From: Pecten maximus
Lineage: Eukaryota
NCBI RefSeq assembly: GCF_902652985.1
Contig: NC_047023.1
Location: 40,982,001 to 41,046,000 of the forward strand
Reading direction: 5' to 3'
Length of the DNA stretch: 64,000 nt
The notes under the pieces were generated by a model, which saw only the letters and a program-made list of their open reading frames with translations, searched no databases and was not told where the DNA came from. Both the position numbers and the translations under genes were made by a program. Numbering within the stretch: the stretch's first letter is position 1; every line of letters begins with the position of its first letter. This document shows, piece by piece, positions 58,840 through 64,000 of this stretch.

Positions 58840-59030
58840 TCTGCCCGACACATATCAGAGTCTCTAAACATGGTAGTTTTCTATTCCTGCTTTAACTGTC
58901 AGCATTTAAGGCGTATGACGTGGTCCGTCCGTTGTCAGTACCGCGTGACAGGATGAGATGTCCTACAGAGTGTCTTTGGCAGTATGCTTCTGTGGGGTAA
59001 CACCACATATAGTCTGCACCAGTTCCGCGC
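58840..59030 (+). mobile_element. Degraded SINE central domain (Meta-domain-like)
   Basis: Segments such as TCCTGCTT..TCAGCATTTAAGG, GTCCGTTGTCAGTA..GTGAC and GGCAGTATGCTTC.GTG.GGTA.CAC resemble molluscan SINE cores as I recall them. Confidence 0.4.
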
Positions 59031-61261
59031 TATATTTGGCGCGGGCTTTCAGAAAACTGAAAGAACATTGGTTACCTGGCAGATAACTTTTAACTACGCC
59101 CGTATTTATTTTTATATTCAGCTTGAATTAAGATACTTATGGCTATTATTACCGAAAGGACCAAAGACAAATGTGTCTATCTAGTTTTTATCAAATTATA
59201 ACTTACTTCCAAAAAATTATCTCGGAGTCCTTCCCTTAATACTGACTGTCATATTTGAACTATTTCAGTAATCTGGTAGGATTTTGGGGTGCTATTAATT
59301 GCCACGTTTTACAAAAACGTCATTTTATTTCCACATATTTGGAGATATTTTCCTTTTTGCTGCTGTTGAGGAAACCGTTGGAAATTCTCTATATTTTATC
59401 ATGGGAATTAATAATATACAGCATGACTCTAAGATGGCGAAGATTTCATGATCCTAGATAGGGCGGAACGAAAAGATATTCGCCATGCACGAATGATGTT
59501 TTAGTGGAATGATACATTATATATGTGTATTGCTATTCCAAAGGGGGAAAAGGGACATTGGTATGTTTCGTATTCACTCTCTTTACCAACTTAAGTTGAT
59601 TAGAATTCCCTTGGCATAATAGTGCTAACATTTGGTATGGTTTAATCCGATATTGATCAAATAACAATTTCTTTGAAAAATTGTCAGTGTAATCCATTTC
59701 TCTACCTTTACATGTATGTTGATATCTACAGTAGCGTACTTACCTGTTAATCCCTCCTCCTACCTGGTAAGACTCCACCTAGATGACAATAGTCATATAG
59801 TGGTAGTTACCTTTACCTCCGTCAGAAAACTAACTCTGATATAATGTTTTAAGCAATAAGAATTGGTCTATATTGTGAAATACGTTTTGGTGAAAACAAT
59901 CCCTATGCTCTGCGAATATTAATTATTATCCTCAATTAAGACTTTCTCTCTCTATCCAGCCCTTCTTTTATATATTCTACTCTTCATAGATGGAATGCCT
60001 TATTTTATTTCAACATGTTATACTGGAAAACAATTGGATTGAACATCAGGCTTAAGCCTATATCAAAGTTCTCTCCATAACATATTACATTTATTTCAAA
60101 TAATTAGTATCCGGTTATTAGTCAATAATGGAAAGTATGGTATATATATAGAAAGAGTATTTGTGAATAACATATATGATATCTTATGTGTTTTCTTTTT
60201 TCTTTATGAATGCCTTAAATGATACAGTGCGTTCACTACCTACATTAGATTTATTCCTATCCTCGTTAAAGTCAGATTGACAGTCTCCCCCACCCATATA
60301 CTTTGGGTCGGTGATCTTAACACGAACAGGGCTTAGTAGACACCAATGTAGTTCCCTTAATTATGATCTGTTTAAGGCAAACATTGTGAATAGCTTTTAC
60401 TACTTTATAGAATGTTGTCTTTTTATTAACGAAAAAGGATATTCTTATCAAAATTTTTAACTTTTTAAATGTTGAACTCAGCTTAGAAACAATCTTGTTT
60501 TGGGAACCCGAATCTTACCGTGTACATGTATTTAGATATGTGTAAGCGTTTACTAAATCCAACAACCGATTTTGATGTTAACACGTATCAATTGTTGTAG
60601 AAATATGATTTTATTTTCATTGTGTAACTATTCTTCTATGTGTAAATATATATTGATAGAAGGCGTAGATAAATTGATGAAGAATCTGAAACTCGTTGTT
60701 TTTATCATTCAGGAACTGCACGATGAATGTCTGGAACTGGCTTCAACTGGAGCAGGCCATTTCTGTCCCTAATATTGGGTGTTAAAATTAATGGGGTTAT
60801 AAGGGTGACTTTGGGCACGAGTACTATTTCTACAGTGGACATTTCCACGTTACACGGGTGATCAATCCACTCCAAACCTCGGGGTACACATTCCCAACTC
60901 ACGGTCATTACGTATTAGCGTTAGGTAAAACATTACTTATTACGCTGATGTATTAAAGTGGAATTAACGACCGTATTTTTCAATATAAACCAATCTAAGA
61001 TAACTTGTCAGGTTTTCTCGTATACACATTATAACATACTGTATATAAACCGTTAGTTGGCAATTTGTGCCTAGTTCCTGTGATCCAAACCATCGAAGTT
61101 CCAATTCCCTCTTCTTTAAATAACTGGGGTGACAAATGTTACAATTAGAATGCAATGGATAGACTTGAATCTTTAGACCATTATGATGGACACTGTAACC
61201 ACGTGGTCAAGTGGACGTCAAAAGACCCAACACTGACTGGTCTGAGTATCATAAAAGATTC

Positions 61262-61490
61262 ACTTTGCCACGAAAATAAACCTGTACCGAACTTCATATG
61301 AAATTCACCATGCCGCGAAAATATACCTGTACCGAACTTCATATAAAATTCACCATGCCGCGAAAATAAACTTGCATCGAGTGTAATATAACATTCTTCA
61401 TGACGCGAAAATAAATCTGTATCGAGTATTCTACCCCAGTACTTGCTGTACTGAGTTTTGTTAACAATTCACTACGCCGCGGAAATTAAC
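61262..61490. repeat. 45-bp minisatellite, ~5 copies
   Basis: Unit CGAAAATAAACCTGTACCGAACTTCATATAAAATTCACCATGCCG; period 45. Confidence 0.85.
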
Positions 61491-62181
61491 TTTTTGAGGA
61501 CGTTATGAATTTTAGGGTGACTAACCGTTTTGACCTCCTTTTGAGGCCATATAAAATATATTTAACGACACCCTTTTGACAAAATTATGATTCACGTTAA
61601 GCTCTCGAATTCTGAAATAATGGAATTATGAATAATATACATGTTGGGCCCATTGGCCTTGGTGAAGTAAGGATGACTGAGGTCTCCCTCCAAGATATGA
61701 GTGTATTAGATTTACCACGGACAGGTGGTTTACCTTGTATGTACAGTGTTGTTTGGATGTCACTGTTTAACACAAAACGAAAATAAGTAATGCCTCACCT
61801 TAAACACAGGAAGTGGTGGCTTTCTACAGACAGATCCGAAACACCTTACTTGTTTACCAATGGTTAGAGACTCGATGGTTACCAAAGGGAGACGCAATTA
61901 TGACGTAATCGGGATTGTTATATATTTCTATGACGTCACAATGATGGATACAGGTTATTTCAATCGGAACACATCGTGATTTTCGTAAGATGAAGTATTT
62001 TTCTGAGCTTGCCGGAAAGACCCGAAGATATCCAGATGTCTTCATAGGCATAAGATGGAGTTACGTAGGAACTGACTTACTGAGTTAAGTTTACCGACAT
62101 TTATTAACACAAACTAAGTCCCGACCAAAGGTCCATATATTGACTGTGGTTTGTGCCAAGTTACTATGTCCATTGATCATA

Positions 62182-62421
62182 ATGATGGCGCCCCGCGGGA
62201 CGAAAAGACGACGATCTTCGTCTTTTCGTCCCGCGGGGCGAAATAACGCTGATTAGCGGGGCGAAATACGATAAACAGCGGGCGAAGAATTTCTGGTCGC
62301 TAAACAGCGACCTTGAAATTTCGTTATTTCGCGTGACTTTTTTTCGTTATTTCGTTCTGTCGCTGCGAAAAGACGATGATTAGCGGGGCGAAATAACGAA
62401 AAAGCACATAACAGCCACCAT
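62182..62421. mobile_element. GC-rich MITE-like element
   Basis: Ends ATGATGGC...GCCACCAT, with GCGAAATAACG and CGAAAAGACG motifs repeated in both orientations. TSD unclear. Confidence 0.55.
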
Positions 62422-63374
62422 ATATCATAGCTTTTAGAATTTTTTATAGATGCGACGGCTGTTGTTTATTTACACTAAGATAATTTAGGACTATATTCTG
62501 CTATTCTTTCATATCATGCAGTTAGTTTTTCTTTTTTTAATATCATAAGAGTTCAGATTAAAAAGGTTTTATCAAAAGTAATTAATGACTGTTTTCTTAA
62601 CACATCTTTTTGTTTACTACTATGTGACTAAATACCTGTCTGTTCGTCCGTTAGTAAATGACTAGATATTCTGACTTTGTCCGTCCTTTAAAGGACTAGA
62701 AATATTGTGTCTGCACGTAATGTAGTTTCATATTGTCACTGTGTAATGGTTACCTTTAGATCTACATGCATTTCAAAGTCACTCCACACATGCACTCATT
62801 AACAAGGAAGACAATGTAAAGATAAGATTTTATTTCCATGGTAACAGGAGTTTATAAAATACATGTTTTAGTCCTAAGCTAACATGAAATAAAGACACAA
62901 TTGCTTCAATAGAGCGGTCCTTATCAATACTGACTTAAAGTTTGATTCGACATAAGAAAACTAATTAATACATTCACATAGCATTAGATCTCTTAATCTA
63001 GACACCGGATATTGTTACAAATCATACCGGAAGTACACCGATAATCTCAATATCCTCTGTATGGTAGATTTAGATAGAACGATACATAACATTACTACGT
63101 TTAACTTTTCTTTTTTACAAGAGTACCAGCTAATCTATGGTTTTATCTGAGACAAAGACTGTTCTCATAAAAACATCACGATATACACATGTCCCACTCA
63201 CACAATGTTTTGGCCGATGTTTTTTTCAAATGATTTTGGTTATTAATGGAATGTTGATTTCCAAATGTATACACCTCGTCCTCTGAGAGCTTTCCGAGTG
63301 GATACGCATACAAGTATAAAATGTTGAACCCGGAATTCACGTGTCACAGGGGCAACTGCGACGGGTCATTATGT

Positions 63375-63907
63375 TTATATACCATTACAAAGCATGTAAC
63401 TAACATGGTGTTCGAACTGTCCCGGCTGATTCGTGTTGTATTCTAAAATATACTGCCGCCCTGTCACGTACGGTTCTACACGCTTAGTGTCGATTCCATC
63501 GTCAATGACAACAAATACGAAATCGATCCCACAATCGCGCGCCATTTTGATTTCAATTTCCGCTTCCGGTGTGATTTCGTTATCAAGGAAAGTAAACAAA
63601 AGCTTCCTGACTGTTGGCCGTCCTCCATTACGAAATGAGAACCCTGTCAATCTAGCTTTTTTCACCAGTCCTGCAAATCTTGAATGTTTCGGTGAGATGT
63701 CTGTCATTGTTTTCTTTGTATCAGGTGACAGCTCCTTGTCTTGAATATCGGAACAGGTACTGACCATGATGCCGAAGTGAAAGTCTGTTTTGAAGTTTGT
63801 GTTTAAGCTTAAGTTGATACGTTCGATAATACCGTAGGAAACAGTGGATCCGACAGATGAAACATCCAAAAGGAAAATGACGTCTGTGTTATTGTCCTTT
63901 TTACAAA
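63375..63907 (-). CDS. Terminal exon of a von Willebrand factor A domain protein (matrilin/collagen VI-like); gene continues beyond the window
   Basis: Acceptor TTTTCAG at 63908. C..TDVIFLLDVSS, FSFRNGGRPTVRKLLFTFLD, ARDCGIDFVFVVI, ending LCNGI*. Confidence 0.8.
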
Positions 63908-64000
63908 CTGAAAATAAACACAGATTTGGTGAAATATTTCTATTATTCTTCAAATACATTTCTTTAACATTTTTTGTGTGGAAATCATTCATGATATGCA

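Noticed and set aside
61854-62051. 65-aa minus-strand ORF as first exon of the orphan gene
   Set aside because: I could not join it in frame to the downstream exons without a stop codon.

Overview
AT-rich animal nuclear DNA with GT-AG introns. The repeat types (V-domain tRNA-SINE, Helentron-associated elements with satellite cores, CR1) and the gene content point to a mollusc, probably a bivalve; that is inference. I spliced four complete genes by hand: a Rit/Rin/Ric-subfamily Ras GTPase (+, 3941-16461, 5 exons), mitochondrial ATP synthase F1 alpha (-, 24580-30792, 10 exons), a TSPAN3-like tetraspanin head-to-head with it (+, 31678-39722, 7 exons), and a secreted actinoporin-like (tereporin/conoporin-type) pore-forming protein (-, 49499-50733, 2 exons). 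There is also an orphan Ser/Thr-rich multi-exon gene (-, ~55.3-58.6 kb) and the last exon of a VWA-domain gene (-, 63375-63907). The rest is dense in repeats: a 5'-truncated CR1 LINE inside a ~30-bp satellite, many minisatellites, non-autonomous TIR elements and several ultra-short hairpin elements with target-site duplications (TSDs). Best leads: (1) the CR1 3' tail repeat (ATAACT)n is identical to the satellite motif it inserted into; (2) the actinoporin-like gene is boxed in by tandem arrays, two of which carry promoter-type motifs in their units; (3) a 48-bp inverted repeat links tetraspanin intron 2 with its 3' UTR; (4) a fold-back inverted duplication appears to have been seeded inside a hairpin element. 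I found no convincing multi-gene novel system. All calls are by eye, with no database search.
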